Part shown: piece by piece, positions 16,611 through 26,831 of the stretch
Position numbering within the stretch: the first letter of the stretch is position 1
Layout: each line of letters begins with the position of its first letter
Source of the DNA: a virus
Taxonomy: Duplodnaviria; Caudoviricetes
Length of the DNA: 58,195 nucleotides
Direction: 5' to 3' (one strand)
IMG/VR virus record: IMGVR_UViG_3300032116_000229
Span: 1 to 58,195 of that record
Position numbers and translations under genes: made by a program
Notes under the pieces: model-generated
Databases searched by the model: none
What the model was told of the DNA's origin: nothing
Seen by the model: only the letters and a program-made list of their open reading frames with translations

Positions 16611-17075
16611 TCACGCGGCAGTTAATAGGTAGTTTGTGTTGCCAATGCGGAAGCGTCCGCAGGGTCTTGGCCACAGGTAAGGCTTGGTCGGGTCTTCCGT
16701 CCAGCCATGCACTCCGAAAAAGTCAGCATCTTTCCTAAGAAGGTTGCTGCGATGCGAGGCATGAAATGCCGGCACTCCAAGCCACCACGGGCGTTCGGCC
16801 TTTACGCCAGCGAGGGTATCAAGATGGGCGAGCGCCAGCGGTTCCTGATTGTCCACATAGCCCCGAGACTTCCACTCGCGGCACATGACGAGCCAATACA
16901 GCACCAGGGTTTTCTCGTATCCAATCCACATGACGGTCGCCGGGTGACTTGACCACCCGCCACCCTTCATTGCCTTGAGGATTTGCATACACTCGGTGCG
17001 TTGCTTGCCGAGCCGCCTGTAATCCAGGGCCTTAGCCGACGCTACGAAATCCGGGTGTGGGAGGAATGTTTGCAT
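16611..17075 (-). CDS. pyrimidine-dimer DNA glycosylase (DenV/MSMEG_6728-like)
   Basis: MQTFLP...LDYRRLGKQRTE...HPATVMWIGYE...HRSNLLRKD motifs. Confidence 0.8.
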   Translation of the reverse strand: MQTFLPHPDFVASAKALDYRRLGKQRTECMQILKAMKGGGWSSHPATVMWIGYEKTLVLYWLVMCREWKSRGYVDNQEPLALAHLDTLAGVKAERPWWLGVPAFHASHRSNLLRKDADFFGVHGWTEDPTKPYLWPRPCGRFRIGNTNYLLTAA

Positions 17076-17097
17076 AGAATATTATGCAGCGCCTCGT

Positions 17098-17307
17098 TTA
17101 CGCCTCGGGCGGTGAATCTGCTGCGGGGACAAGCCTTACGGTAAACTCGCTGCCAAACTTGTCGATGACTTCCTGCGGGTAGCCGTTCTGAACAAGCCAC
17201 TTTTTCATGGTGTCCTCAGAGCCTATCTCGTACAGCGAAAGCAACTTTGGAAAGCCGTAGAGATAACCAAGCGGCGGGTCAACCCAGTACCGTCGTCTAC
17301 TCAGCAT
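17098..17307 (-). CDS. conserved phage hypothetical protein
   Basis: VDPPLGYLYGFPK...WLVQNGYP motif. Confidence 0.7.
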   Translation of the reverse strand: MLSRRRYWVDPPLGYLYGFPKLLSLYEIGSEDTMKKWLVQNGYPQEVIDKFGSEFTVRLVPAADSPPEA

Positions 17308-17563
17308 AGCCGTCGTCTTCGCTCGCCAAGATTTCCGCCAGCGAACTCTTGTGCAGGATGATGGGTGTCAGCGGCCCAACATAGGCCCCGTCGATGTTGA
17401 ACTGGAAGTATTCCCAGGCCTCCTCTTCGGACATTCCCTGGCTCATCAACTTCCTAATCATCTTGCGGCCTTCGTAAATAATCCGCGTTACTTTCTGGCC
17501 ATCCGTGCCCCAGACTTCGCTGTAGCCAATCACGCAATCATCAAAGCCATCGAATACAACCAT
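17297..17563 (-). CDS. conserved phage hypothetical protein
   Basis: DGFDDCVIG...MSEEEAWEYFQFNIDGAYVG motif. Confidence 0.8.
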   Translation of the reverse strand: MVVFDGFDDCVIGYSEVWGTDGQKVTRIIYEGRKMIRKLMSQGMSEEEAWEYFQFNIDGAYVGPLTPIILHKSSLAEILASEDDGYAE

Positions 17564-17612
17564 ATAGTCCTCGGAAAGAGTAATGGGTGACTTAACTTTT
17601 GCGGCAAACCTG

Positions 17613-18101
17613 TTAGTCCAGGTCGCTCAAATCGTCCAGGTCGTCCAGGTCGTCGATGAAGTCCACGCCGTCAACATCCGGGACGACCTTCTGCGCGGGC
17701 TTGACGGGCGCCGCGTTGGTAATCGGCAGCAAGGCGAGGTTAGTTGGATGAACAGTCACAGTGGCAGTCCCAGGAGTGGTGACCGCCTTGCCCTGGTCAA
17801 TTCTGGCGCGAATTTCCAGAAGGATGTTCCAGTCGTCAGTAGGCACCTCGTCAGCCTTAAAGACCAGACGCTTCGACACCTCGCTGACCATACTCTTAAG
17901 GTCAACGCCGTAGACTGAATGAACCTTGTTCGCCAGCTCGAGGCTGAAGTTGACAGTGCCATTCTCCACCTTCGACAGATGAACAGAATGAACGCCAAGT
18001 TTGTCAGCCATCTGGCCGAGCGTTTCGTCCAGGTCGATGCGCAGTTTGGCGAGAGTCTTGCCGACCGGCGACCGGCCCTTCAGTTTCTTTCTTACTTCCA
18101 T
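17613..18101 (-). CDS. XRE-family HTH regulator with acidic tail
   Basis: LAKLRIDLDETLGQMADKLGVHSVHLSKVENG; C-terminal DDLDDLDDLSDLD. Confidence 0.85.
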   Translation of the reverse strand: MEVRKKLKGRSPVGKTLAKLRIDLDETLGQMADKLGVHSVHLSKVENGTVNFSLELANKVHSVYGVDLKSMVSEVSKRLVFKADEVPTDDWNILLEIRARIDQGKAVTTPGTATVTVHPTNLALLPITNAAPVKPAQKVVPDVDGVDFIDDLDDLDDLSDLD

Positions 18102-18535
18102 TTCTCATCTCCTGAGTGTTCAGCCAATGACTCATAGCCGTTGGTCTTCAAATGCTTACGGAAACCCTTGAGCGCGGCGATAGTTTCCTTGCTGCCGCCC
18201 GTGTCGACGCCACGATGGGATACGATTTTGCCGATAGTAGCAAGGCTTGCCGTGACGCGCTTGTTGCCTTGACGAACCAGAACAGACATAGCCCGGTCAT
18301 CCTTCAGCCATACCTCGATTTCGGGCGGTGCCTCGTCGGGCATAGAGGCAGAGAGAAGTTCATTCACATCGGAAGACAGAAGACCTGCCAGCGCCATGAA
18401 CAGCGCCTGCCTTGCTACATAAACCTGGTCTGGCCTAAGTTCGCCGGACTCCTCGCCTTCGGCAAGCCAAGTGAGGGCATCAACCGACTTCCGGTTTAGC
18501 TCCTCAAATAGTGTGGGAATGGAAGACACGGACAC
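18092..18535 (-). CDS. hypothetical protein
   Basis: GGAGG RBS. Confidence 0.7.
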   Translation of the reverse strand: MSVSSIPTLFEELNRKSVDALTWLAEGEESGELRPDQVYVARQALFMALAGLLSSDVNELLSASMPDEAPPEIEVWLKDDRAMSVLVRQGNKRVTASLATIGKIVSHRGVDTGGSKETIAALKGFRKHLKTNGYESLAEHSGDEKWK

Positions 18536-18592
18536 CTCCCGTATCGTGCTACTGCGTTAATATAGCACTCATGCAATACTTTTGACTTGGTA

Positions 18593-19213
18593 TTACATTG
18601 GCAATTTCTGCTTAAACGGAATCATGCTAGGACTGTTCGGCATATTTGCTACAATGTTAACCAACGCCTCGCACCTTTCATCCAACTCTGTGCAACTTCT
18701 GGACACGGAGTACATGGAGGTAGTTTGCAACTTGGCAGACGCAGCAAGCCCGAGGCAAATCACATTGATATGCTCCATGTAGGACTCTGTTGCCGGCGCC
18801 TTGGTCTCGTCCTCGACAATAGGGATTCCAGGCTGAATGATGATTACGGCATCAAAGAACTTCTTGGTCAGGGTCAAGCATTCGTCCACATAAGCCATCA
18901 CCTCTTTGTCGGTATACGGGTCGACGGACTGACGGGTGATATCTGCCAGCATATAAGCCGCAAGGTCTACCGGGGTTCGGTCCACGACAACAAAGTGCCT
19001 GTTGGCCTGGTAAATCTCCGTTAGGTCTTGAAGTATCTGGCGCTGAATCCAAAGCCGCTGACTAACCGGGTAGTCAACGCGCGGATCCATGCCGTGCTTC
19101 TTGAAGGTTGCCGATACGCTAGTCTCCACAAAGCGGTAACCAGCAACCTCGGCAAACCTCTTCGCAAGCGTGGTCTTACCAGTTCGATGCGCACCCGTCA
19201 GTCCGATAATCAT
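18593..19213 (-). CDS. P-loop nucleotide kinase-like (AAA_28/NadR-like)
   Basis: GAHRTGKTT Walker A; DRTPVD motif; coupled to thyX. Confidence 0.8.
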   Translation of the reverse strand: MIIGLTGAHRTGKTTLAKRFAEVAGYRFVETSVSATFKKHGMDPRVDYPVSQRLWIQRQILQDLTEIYQANRHFVVVDRTPVDLAAYMLADITRQSVDPYTDKEVMAYVDECLTLTKKFFDAVIIIQPGIPIVEDETKAPATESYMEHINVICLGLAASAKLQTTSMYSVSRSCTELDERCEALVNIVANMPNSPSMIPFKQKLPM

Positions 19214-19893
19214 TCCGGCACCCGCAGGCTATTGTGATAAGCCTCGATAGTGAGCGGCACGATAGGCGCAACAAGCGTCTCCAGTGCCTGCGCGTACTGC
19301 CTAATCTCCCATTGCGCGTGCTCATGGCTGCGCAGCCGCAGAAAGTGCAGAAGATTGTGGAGGTCCACGGAAGCGAACATCCGGCTGTAAGCGGCGAAGG
19401 GCAGCACAGAGCGAGCCAGCTCTCGCGGACAACCCTGCGCGATAAGTTCCTTGTAGACCTTATAGGACGCATCGCACTGCTTCTGGATTAGGGCCTGGCA
19501 CAAGTCTGCGCTCTCGAGCGGCTCGGCCGTTCGCATCTGCTTGTTGGACTCTGACTGCTTGGTAATCTGCGCCTGGTCCGGGATGTAAAAGCCCTCGTCC
19601 AGCTCACAGTATCTGGCGGAGATTTCGTTGTAACTCCAGGTACGATGCCGATGCCACTGGCGAAGAATGAACACCGGGGCCTTGACTTCAAAGGTGAAGG
19701 TGACCGCCTCAAACGGACTGGTGTGCTTGTTCCGATAGAGGTAGTTAATCAACTTGCGGTCTTTGCCTTCATCTTCGCCCGTACGCCAGTCGGCGTCATA
19801 ACTGACTCGAGCCGCACGGACAATCGACAAGTCGCTGCCCATGTGATCGACGAGCCGTACATAGCCGTGGTCCAGAACCTTGACTTCTTTCAT
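19210..19893 (-). CDS. thyX: flavin-dependent thymidylate synthase
   Basis: HTSPFE, RQWHRHRTWSYNEISARY, ARSVLP and HAQWEIR; true start MKEVKVLDHG at 19893. Confidence 0.95.
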   Translation of the reverse strand: MKEVKVLDHGYVRLVDHMGSDLSIVRAARVSYDADWRTGEDEGKDRKLINYLYRNKHTSPFEAVTFTFEVKAPVFILRQWHRHRTWSYNEISARYCELDEGFYIPDQAQITKQSESNKQMRTAEPLESADLCQALIQKQCDASYKVYKELIAQGCPRELARSVLPFAAYSRMFASVDLHNLLHFLRLRSHEHAQWEIRQYAQALETLVAPIVPLTIEAYHNSLRVPE

Positions 19894-19894
19894 G

Positions 19895-20350
19895 TTAGGC
19901 CCCCGTGCTGCCAAAGCCGCCCAGACCACGCACGGTGTCGCCGGCGCTGAAGTCTGCAACCCGGCGAAACTCCGGGTGAAGAACTGGAATGAAAACAGCC
20001 TGCGCAATCTTCTCGCCAGGCTGAATGAGAATTTCGTCCTGCTGACCACGATTGCAGGCGCTAACGAACCACTGGTTCTGGTAGTCGGCATCAATAAGCC
20101 CAACTGAATTTCCAAGAACAAGACCCTGCTTATGACCAAGGCCCGAGCGCGGCAGAATTATCGCCGCCACGTTTTGATGGTCCATGTGAATGGCAAGACC
20201 GGTTGGGATAAGAATTGCCTTCTCCGACTTTTTGAGAATCAGAGGCTCGTCAATACAGGCGACAAGGTCGTAGCCCGCCGACATTGATGTAGCCGGACCA
20301 TAAATCATGGTAGCCGCCCTCGGATCCAGGACTTTAACTTCGAAAATCAT
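19895..20350 (-). CDS. dut: trimeric dUTPase
   Basis: AGYDL, PRSGLG, GLIDADY, IAQ and RGLGGFGSTG motifs. Confidence 0.95.
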   Translation of the reverse strand: MIFEVKVLDPRAATMIYGPATSMSAGYDLVACIDEPLILKKSEKAILIPTGLAIHMDHQNVAAIILPRSGLGHKQGLVLGNSVGLIDADYQNQWFVSACNRGQQDEILIQPGEKIAQAVFIPVLHPEFRRVADFSAGDTVRGLGGFGSTGA

Positions 20351-20571
20351 TTGGAAATCTCCTTCTTATGAAAACGATTAAAGACTCGCCGCAAGATGTA
20401 ACTGCGGACAATAGAGACGACGGTAAAGATGGCGACGATTTGAATGTCCTGGCTCAGCGTGATTTGGATTCCGTAAAGCGGAAACACCAATCGCTGAACA
20501 AGGAGTGAAATCAACGAACCAATCAGAATGTTGGCCGTCGCCTCAAGAAAACTGTGTAGGCGTGTTTGCAT
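20347..20571 (-). CDS. small two-TM conserved phage membrane protein
   Basis: MQTRLHSFLEA...IFTVVSIVRSYILRRVFN. Confidence 0.8.
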   Translation of the reverse strand: MQTRLHSFLEATANILIGSLISLLVQRLVFPLYGIQITLSQDIQIVAIFTVVSIVRSYILRRVFNRFHKKEISK

Positions 20572-20581
20572 ATTCCCTCAA

Positions 20582-20610
20582 GAAAGGAGGGGCAGGAATC
20601 CCTGCCCCTC
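20582..20610 (-). terminator. terminator-like hairpin after RNR
   Basis: GAGGGGCAGG-gatt-CCTGCCCCTC then CTTTCTT on the minus strand. Confidence 0.6.
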
Positions 20611-20622
20611 GTTGGTCAGCCG

Positions 20623-23046
20623 TTACTTACTATTCTGGTCGTCCTCAGCGGAACGGAAGTCGATGGGGCAGGCACCCGAGGAGCAATCGACGTGCTCCAT
20701 GGACACCTCTTCCTGAACATCGACCGTGTTCACCTTGACCTCCATCAGAATCTGCTCGTACTCGTGCTTGGTGACCTCCTCTTCGGGCAGGTACTCATAA
20801 GCCGAAGCCGAGACACCCATCTGTGGCATGACCGAACAGCACTTGATGGTGCTCTGTCCGTACAGCAGCGTCTCCTCAAATCGGTCGTAATCAATCTCAG
20901 ACGCCTTGTACTTGAGCGTGTAGGAGACCTGGTTCCCGGTGTCGACCGGCAGCGGGTTGCCCGCCTCGTCAACGCCACGAATCCAGTACTTCTCCAGAAG
21001 TCGCAGATACTGATACTGCTCTTCCGGGGTTGCCTCTGCCGCAGTCACCAACTTGTCGCCCATGCCGAGCGTGCAAATCTTCGGCTGCGTCGGGAAGCCA
21101 ACGATGGTCGTGCCACTGTAGGTCTTCAACTTCCGCACCGGGTAGCCCATCGTCTGGAACTCAGCGACGGCAGGGGCATCATTGCGAAACTGAACCCAAC
21201 GGAGATACTCACGCATGGACGGAAGATGCGCGCCCTCAGAAAGTCCGAACAACTTGCTGGTCGTGCCCGCCGGCTTGATAGTCGTATCCGTGTGAGGGCG
21301 CGTGACGCTAAGATGCCGCGAGTACTTACCAGCCTCATCGACGACGGCACGCTTGAAGCGGGCCAGCATCATCCAAAACGGCTTGGACTTCTCTTCGTCC
21401 ACGAGGTCCGCCCAGCCGTAACCAAAGCGCGACCAGGCATATTCGTGCAGACCCGTAATGGAAACGCCAATGCGATTCGTGCGGGCCACTTCGCGCCCAT
21501 AAAGGGCCTCCATCAGATTCGTCCGAATGAGCATTCGGGTCGTCGTCCGGAAGGCATCCTCAGCATCGTCGTCGCTCTGTGCATGGAACGGGACAACATC
21601 GCCGATGACACAGTAGCCACCAAGCATGAACAAGGCGATTTCACCGCAGGGGTTGGTAATCATCTTGTATTGGCTGTTCTGCGCCCGAATGGTCAGCGTC
21701 TGGAACAGTTCTTTGGTCGATTCGGCGGGCTTGAAGCGGCTCGACTCGATGACAACGCCTTCGGAGTAGACCTCCATGCCGGCAGAGTTGTGGACCAACT
21801 TGTCAGAATTGATAAGCCCAGGCTCGCCGGTGCCGTCGTGATAGGCAGCCGAGCAGATAGCCTCGAAGATATCCAGGGCCATCTCCTCTTTTGCGGACAT
21901 GGTGTCGCTCTCATCTTCCGCAGAACGCATGGCACTCTTAACGAGCGTCCAGAACTCCTCGTCGACCGTCACGGAGTTGTTCGACGACCACAAGAAGCCA
22001 CCCTGCTTGATGTGGATGAAATCCATCACGCTCTCGTCGCGCCAAGACTTCGTAGACATTCTCGCCGCACGACGGGCGCCGCCAACGAGAACGCACTCAG
22101 CCAGATAGTGGTCAACGAACATCGCAGCGCGCCAAGGCTCCATCGCCGAGCCGCGAATCTGCGAAATCTTCTTGATGGCGTTCATCATCGGGCCAGGGCC
22201 AGAAGCCGGGCGGTTCTGCATACCGCCAATCGGCTGCCCACGGTGCCGAACATCCGAGAAGTCGAGGAGGACGACGCTATCGGACAGGCCCTGGAAGGTG
22301 GCAACCTCGACCAATTCGACGGCGTGCGCCCAACCCTCGCGGGAGTCAGGCACCTTGAAGTCGATGATATCGGCGTAGGCGTAGAGGTGCTCCGCCTCCT
22401 CGAGAGACATTGCCTGAATCTCACCGCTGATGACATCCGGGTGGTCCTGACGAATGACCGGGATGACGGTCGGCATATTCGCCCAATCGACGACCATCAT
22501 GGTGTCGTCGTAGCAACGGCCTACACCAGAGCCGTTAAGAAGAAGGTAGAAGGTGACAAAGCTGGCGGCGCTAGTGGCACAGTTGGTAAACACCTCAATG
22601 TTTCTAGCAGGCTGATTTTCGTCGCCGTGCTGAAGATGCCGACCAGAGAGGAGAATGCTTGCCTGCCGAAGATGATGGTGGGCGCGATTGAACTCCGCCT
22701 CCTGCTCATCCCGATTAGGCGTCAGCAGAGAGTTTCCAAGGGCGACGCGGTGAGCCACATCCTCCCAAGTCTCATAACGCTCCTTGGCGCTAGTAGTGAC
22801 TTCGATTTCCACGGACAAGTCATCGCCATGTTTGACTGTCCACGAGTCCACGATATAGCCCTCGCCTTTCGCCCAGGCGGCGACAAGGTCATCAAGGGCA
22901 ACATCATCACGGCGTGGAAGGGTCACAGGAACGATGAGTGGGGCTGCGAATTCCTCGCGAACCCGACGATTGACGGTACGATTGGCGACGGCGTCACCAA
23001 TCCCCGGCGCATAGGAACGCGCCGGAGGAAGCACGACTTCAGGCAT
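20623..23046 (-). CDS. nrdJ: ribonucleotide reductase, probably class II (B12-dependent)
   Basis: TNPCGEI catalytic loop, TTIKPAGTTS, C-terminal CSSGAC; no small subunit or activase in window. Confidence 0.78.
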   Translation of the reverse strand: MPEVVLPPARSYAPGIGDAVANRTVNRRVREEFAAPLIVPVTLPRRDDVALDDLVAAWAKGEGYIVDSWTVKHGDDLSVEIEVTTSAKERYETWEDVAHRVALGNSLLTPNRDEQEAEFNRAHHHLRQASILLSGRHLQHGDENQPARNIEVFTNCATSAASFVTFYLLLNGSGVGRCYDDTMMVVDWANMPTVIPVIRQDHPDVISGEIQAMSLEEAEHLYAYADIIDFKVPDSREGWAHAVELVEVATFQGLSDSVVLLDFSDVRHRGQPIGGMQNRPASGPGPMMNAIKKISQIRGSAMEPWRAAMFVDHYLAECVLVGGARRAARMSTKSWRDESVMDFIHIKQGGFLWSSNNSVTVDEEFWTLVKSAMRSAEDESDTMSAKEEMALDIFEAICSAAYHDGTGEPGLINSDKLVHNSAGMEVYSEGVVIESSRFKPAESTKELFQTLTIRAQNSQYKMITNPCGEIALFMLGGYCVIGDVVPFHAQSDDDAEDAFRTTTRMLIRTNLMEALYGREVARTNRIGVSITGLHEYAWSRFGYGWADLVDEEKSKPFWMMLARFKRAVVDEAGKYSRHLSVTRPHTDTTIKPAGTTSKLFGLSEGAHLPSMREYLRWVQFRNDAPAVAEFQTMGYPVRKLKTYSGTTIVGFPTQPKICTLGMGDKLVTAAEATPEEQYQYLRLLEKYWIRGVDEAGNPLPVDTGNQVSYTLKYKASEIDYDRFEETLLYGQSTIKCCSVMPQMGVSASAYEYLPEEEVTKHEYEQILMEVKVNTVDVQEEVSMEHVDCSSGACPIDFRSAEDDQNSK

Positions 23047-23130
23047 GAATCTCTCCGAAACTTAACGGTGGGTGGTTTGTATGACTATAAACTGGTTAGC
23101 GGTGACTTACTATTCTTGACAGCAACTGGT

Positions 23131-23649
23131 CTACCATGTAGCCCAAGTCGCTGGCGTAACTTCTTGATTTGGCGACGGTTTCGCCTTTCGCGAATCGCCA
23201 CGAATCTTGGTATCCAGCTCGGCTCTGAGGGCGGCTTCGAGGTCGTTTACCGATTCGGATGGACTTTCGTAGCCGCCGCGTCTCTCCAAAGCGGCTGTTG
23301 CCAAACTGGCAACGTGATTCTTTACGACCGTTGGGTTTGTGTCCGGCACGGGTGGGCCATCAAAGTAGTCCAGGTCGCTTATCATCGTGACGCTAGAAAG
23401 TCCGTCCCGCATTCTGGCGTGCAGCCAATCATCAACGCCACTTGGACACTTATCCAGCTTGTGGATACTGCACTTACTAAGTGCCGTAAACTGCCTTGCC
23501 GCTGTCGAAGGACTTGGCGCGCTTGACTGCCACAGTTTCAGTTTAGGACAGAAAAGGCAGACATGAGGCACAGAGCGAAGAACATTAATCCAGTTCCTCT
23601 CTACCGCTATATCCATAGCGCGCCGACTTTCAGGGCCTAGAATACTCAT
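23131..23649 (-). CDS. hypothetical protein, C-terminus PATWATW
   Basis: in operon after ruvC. Confidence 0.65.
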   Translation of the reverse strand: MSILGPESRRAMDIAVERNWINVLRSVPHVCLFCPKLKLWQSSAPSPSTAARQFTALSKCSIHKLDKCPSGVDDWLHARMRDGLSSVTMISDLDYFDGPPVPDTNPTVVKNHVASLATAALERRGGYESPSESVNDLEAALRAELDTKIRGDSRKAKPSPNQEVTPATWATW

Positions 23650-23656
23650 TGCTTAC

Positions 23657-24208
23657 TTATCTCCGCGCCTTATCAAAAATGCGGCAGTATTCCCAAAAGT
23701 CCTCGTGGTCGAAGCCTGCGTGAAGGACGCCAACAGCATCGGCCATATGCTCGTTGCGCGGCGAAATGCCATTGCGACCCTTAATCCAGGGCAGGCTGGG
23801 GTATTTGGCTCTAGCCCAGGTGATGATTTCTTCCTTCGTCGCGTCCTTTCGACCGGTCGCTGCCAGCTTGGTCATCGTCGGCGTAATCTCAATCATGGGG
23901 TTACGCACGGCAACATTTGCCAGACACCCCATGGCGATACCCAATGCCCAAGATGCCCTGGCACTTTGGCTGCCGGTCGGAATCTCTGCGAACACCATAT
24001 CCACACTTTCTGCGTATTTGGTCAGGGCGCGGGAAATCTCTTTGGCCCGCCGCAAGTCGTCGCTAGAGCGGCGAATAGTCTTAACGGCAGCCTTCTCAGT
24101 AGAGATAAGTCCACCATCAACAACTCCGACGCGCCGCTCCTCCATATCGTAATGGCCGATGCACCAGCCGGTGTTCGCAAAGGACGGATCAATGGCTAAG
24201 ATTTTCAT
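23657..24208 (-). CDS. ruvC: RuvC-like Holliday junction resolvase
   Basis: ILAIDPSFANTG, VFAEIP, TGRKDATKEEI and EHMADAVG motifs. Confidence 0.85.
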   Translation of the reverse strand: MKILAIDPSFANTGWCIGHYDMEERRVGVVDGGLISTEKAAVKTIRRSSDDLRRAKEISRALTKYAESVDMVFAEIPTGSQSARASWALGIAMGCLANVAVRNPMIEITPTMTKLAATGRKDATKEEIITWARAKYPSLPWIKGRNGISPRNEHMADAVGVLHAGFDHEDFWEYCRIFDKARR

Positions 24209-24894
24209 TACCAGGCTCCCCAACTTGTGGTGCCGTACTCGCCCTCGCGGGTACGGATATACTCTTCGCGCTCCTTGCGCTCCTTCTCGGCAAGCGCAGC
24301 AGCGGCTGCCTCTTTTGCTCTAGTGGCGCCATCGACAATCTCCGATGGGTTATCGCCAAATGTCATCAGGAATTGGTCGATAGGCTCCTTGATGGAGGCT
24401 GACCCATCTGCAATACACCAAGACTTGGCCAACTCAGCAAGCGGCACCTCGCAAATGCAGTCCTTCTTATCAAAGCCCAATATCTCGCCCGCCTTGATAT
24501 CCAACTTGACGATAATGCCGTCGCGCTTGCCAATGTAGGCCCCGGTGACAAGCCCAGCCTCGTCACCTACAAGGGCCATGCGTTGATAGGTGTGCTTTGG
24601 GTCGCCTTCAAGAGCGGACGCGATAGCCCCCATCATGTCCTTCACGTCCTCAGCCGAAGTCTCATCGTCAGGGCCACGCCGAATGACTACGACGCCTGGG
24701 CCAATCTTCCTGACATACTTGGAAAGAATTGGGCCAGACTTATCGAGCACCTCAAGAACGGCTTTCGCCGCGTCCATAAGCCCCTCCCGCTCCAAACTGG
24801 CGGTTGGCATATAGAACCAATCGTGTGGACCTGGTTTGTCCCACAGGATTGATGGCTTAACAGACTTCTTTTTGGACTTCTTCAACTTGGGCAT
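24208..24894 (-). CDS. hypothetical protein, C-terminus TSWGAW
   Basis: GAGG RBS; TAATG overlap with ruvC. Confidence 0.75.
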   Translation of the reverse strand: MPKLKKSKKKSVKPSILWDKPGPHDWFYMPTASLEREGLMDAAKAVLEVLDKSGPILSKYVRKIGPGVVVIRRGPDDETSAEDVKDMMGAIASALEGDPKHTYQRMALVGDEAGLVTGAYIGKRDGIIVKLDIKAGEILGFDKKDCICEVPLAELAKSWCIADGSASIKEPIDQFLMTFGDNPSEIVDGATRAKEAAAAALAEKERKEREEYIRTREGEYGTTSWGAW

Positions 24895-26831
24895 AACACA
24901 CCTCTCACCACAGACTGACCTTCAGACTTCTCGACCGTCACAACATCGCGTATCCAATCGGACAGCGAATTGTGGGAAATCACCAGAACCGTGCCGCGCT
25001 CCCGCGCTTTCTCTTCAAGCACAGCCATAAGGCGCTCGAGTCCGGCCGGGTCGAGGGCATCGTCAATCTCGTCTGCCACAAACAACCGGAACGCCTTTGT
25101 CGCTCGGGTCGATACCAAGTCCTGCAACGCCAATGCGCAAGCAAGGCGAACCTTCCGCTTCTCACCGCCCGACAGCAGCCCGAAGGAGTTGCCACCCGTC
25201 GCGTTGGAAACCTCGATGACGAAACGCTCTCGGAGTTCTCCCTTGGCGGTCGTGCTGAGTGTCGACCACACGGCAGTCAGGTTGCCGTCCGAGAGGGTGG
25301 ACAGGTACTCGCCGGTTCGGGTATTCAGATAAGGCGTGACATTGTCCAGGATATGCGCCCGAACACCTGCCGGCCCGAACACTTCGACCGCCTGGGCATG
25401 GAGCGCAACCGACTTTTCAAGCTCGGCGACTTCCTTAGTGGCGGCCTCAAGTTCGGCAACGGCGCTCTTCTTACGCTCAATCGCCTTCTGCAACTTATCC
25501 CAATCCGGACTCTCAGCCTTCTCCAGCGCGTCCAACTTAGATGCCCACAGGCGATATCGCTCCAACTGGGCCTCCAAGTCCCGGCACAGGTCTCGCGCTG
25601 CCTGGACTTTGTATTGGGCGTCCAGAGCGGCTTCCTGAAGCGCCTCGATAGGGGGCTTACTGGCGATGTAGGTGTCGCGCTCCAACTTCGCTTCACCGCT
25701 GATTCTGCGCGCTTCTGAGAGGGCCTCTTGCAAGTCCCTGTGGGTCTGCACCCTGCCCCTGAGGCCCGCTGTCTGGGCTTTACGCGCAGAATCTAAGTCG
25801 TCCGCTTCGTAGACTTTCCCGCACTCCCCGCAGGGGCTACCCACCTTGCCTTCGATGCGCTCGAGGTCAGCCTTAGCCCGGAGAATCTCGGCGGCGCTGG
25901 CCTTGAGGGTCGCCTCGAGCGAGACGACCTTGCGCTCAGCCTTCTGACAGTTCTCCAGATACCCCTGCTCTGCCGGATCCTTCTTGGCAAGGGCGGCCTT
26001 AGCGACCTCGTAGGCTGCGGCAGCCACAAGCACTTCGCGCTTGGCGGCGGTAATCTCCGCAGTCAGGCGCGCCTCCGGGTCATCCCCGAAGGTCTCCTTG
26101 ATAGTCGCCCGAAGGTGCTTCTTGTCCGCCTCTTTCTTCTCCAGCCACTTAAAGTGACTCTCCTCGAAAGAGACAATCCACTCCGAAGCGTCGGCAATGA
26201 CTCTATCAACTGCCTTGAGATTAGCCTGCTTGATGCCCAGTCGGTCTTTGATGCTGAAGTGCCAGGCTTTGGCGCGCTGATAGAAGCCGTGCAACTCGGA
26301 GATGCCAGCGGCCTCCTCCAGCAGCTCCTTCAACTGCTTATCGGTCATCGACGGCAGGTCGGGCATACGCTCCTGACCCGCATAGATAGCCGATGTAAAG
26401 ACCGACTCCGAACAGCCGACAATGCTCTCGATAAGTTCCTGAGTCTGTCGGTCGGTGCCGAGGGTCAAGTCGACCTTCGTACCGTCTGCGTCTACGGAGC
26501 CGAGCGTCAGCCTGTTCTTGCTGTGGCTGTGCTTGCGATTCCGGGTAACGACATACTGCTTGCCGTCGTCGTCCGTCAGGGTAATCTGAACCCTCGTGTC
26601 GCCGCCCGCCTTCTGATTGACGATAGCATCGCCAGTCTCGCCACGGGCAGTCTTGCCGAACAGACACCAGGAGATGCCATCCGCAATAGACGACTTGCCG
26701 GCGCCGTTCGATGCCGCCGAAGTGTCGTCCTTGTTGACGCCTTGAATCAACACAAGACCCCGGTCGTTCAGCATGAGCTCGGCGGTGCCGATACTCATGA
26801 AGTTCTGGATGTTAAGTTTGCGAATTTCCAT
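24882..26831 (-). CDS. sbcC: SbcC/Rad50-like ATPase
   Basis: NGAGKSS Walker A, CGEC zinc hook, LSGGE signature, DEIDDALD, ISH. Confidence 0.92.
   Translation of the reverse strand: MEIRKLNIQNFMSIGTAELMLNDRGLVLIQGVNKDDTSAASNGAGKSSIADGISWCLFGKTARGETGDAIVNQKAGGDTRVQITLTDDDGKQYVVTRNRKHSHSKNRLTLGSVDADGTKVDLTLGTDRQTQELIESIVGCSESVFTSAIYAGQERMPDLPSMTDKQLKELLEEAAGISELHGFYQRAKAWHFSIKDRLGIKQANLKAVDRVIADASEWIVSFEESHFKWLEKKEADKKHLRATIKETFGDDPEARLTAEITAAKREVLVAAAAYEVAKAALAKKDPAEQGYLENCQKAERKVVSLEATLKASAAEILRAKADLERIEGKVGSPCGECGKVYEADDLDSARKAQTAGLRGRVQTHRDLQEALSEARRISGEAKLERDTYIASKPPIEALQEAALDAQYKVQAARDLCRDLEAQLERYRLWASKLDALEKAESPDWDKLQKAIERKKSAVAELEAATKEVAELEKSVALHAQAVEVFGPAGVRAHILDNVTPYLNTRTGEYLSTLSDGNLTAVWSTLSTTAKGELRERFVIEVSNATGGNSFGLLSGGEKRKVRLACALALQDLVSTRATKAFRLFVADEIDDALDPAGLERLMAVLEEKARERGTVLVISHNSLSDWIRDVVTVEKSEGQSVVRGVLCPS

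Noticed and set aside
19210-20139. 309-aa ThyX with long N-terminal extension
   Set aside because: The extension overlaps dut in another frame; the real start is 19893
18593-23046. Hypermodified-base (dU/hmdU/dZ/7-deazaG) pathway
   Set aside because: ThyX plus dUTPase implies normal thymine; no purZ, que/fol or hydroxymethylase genes seen
20566-23526. 986-aa plus-strand ORF
   Set aside because: Antisense shadow of the RNR gene, expected from GC-biased codon usage; no motifs or RBS
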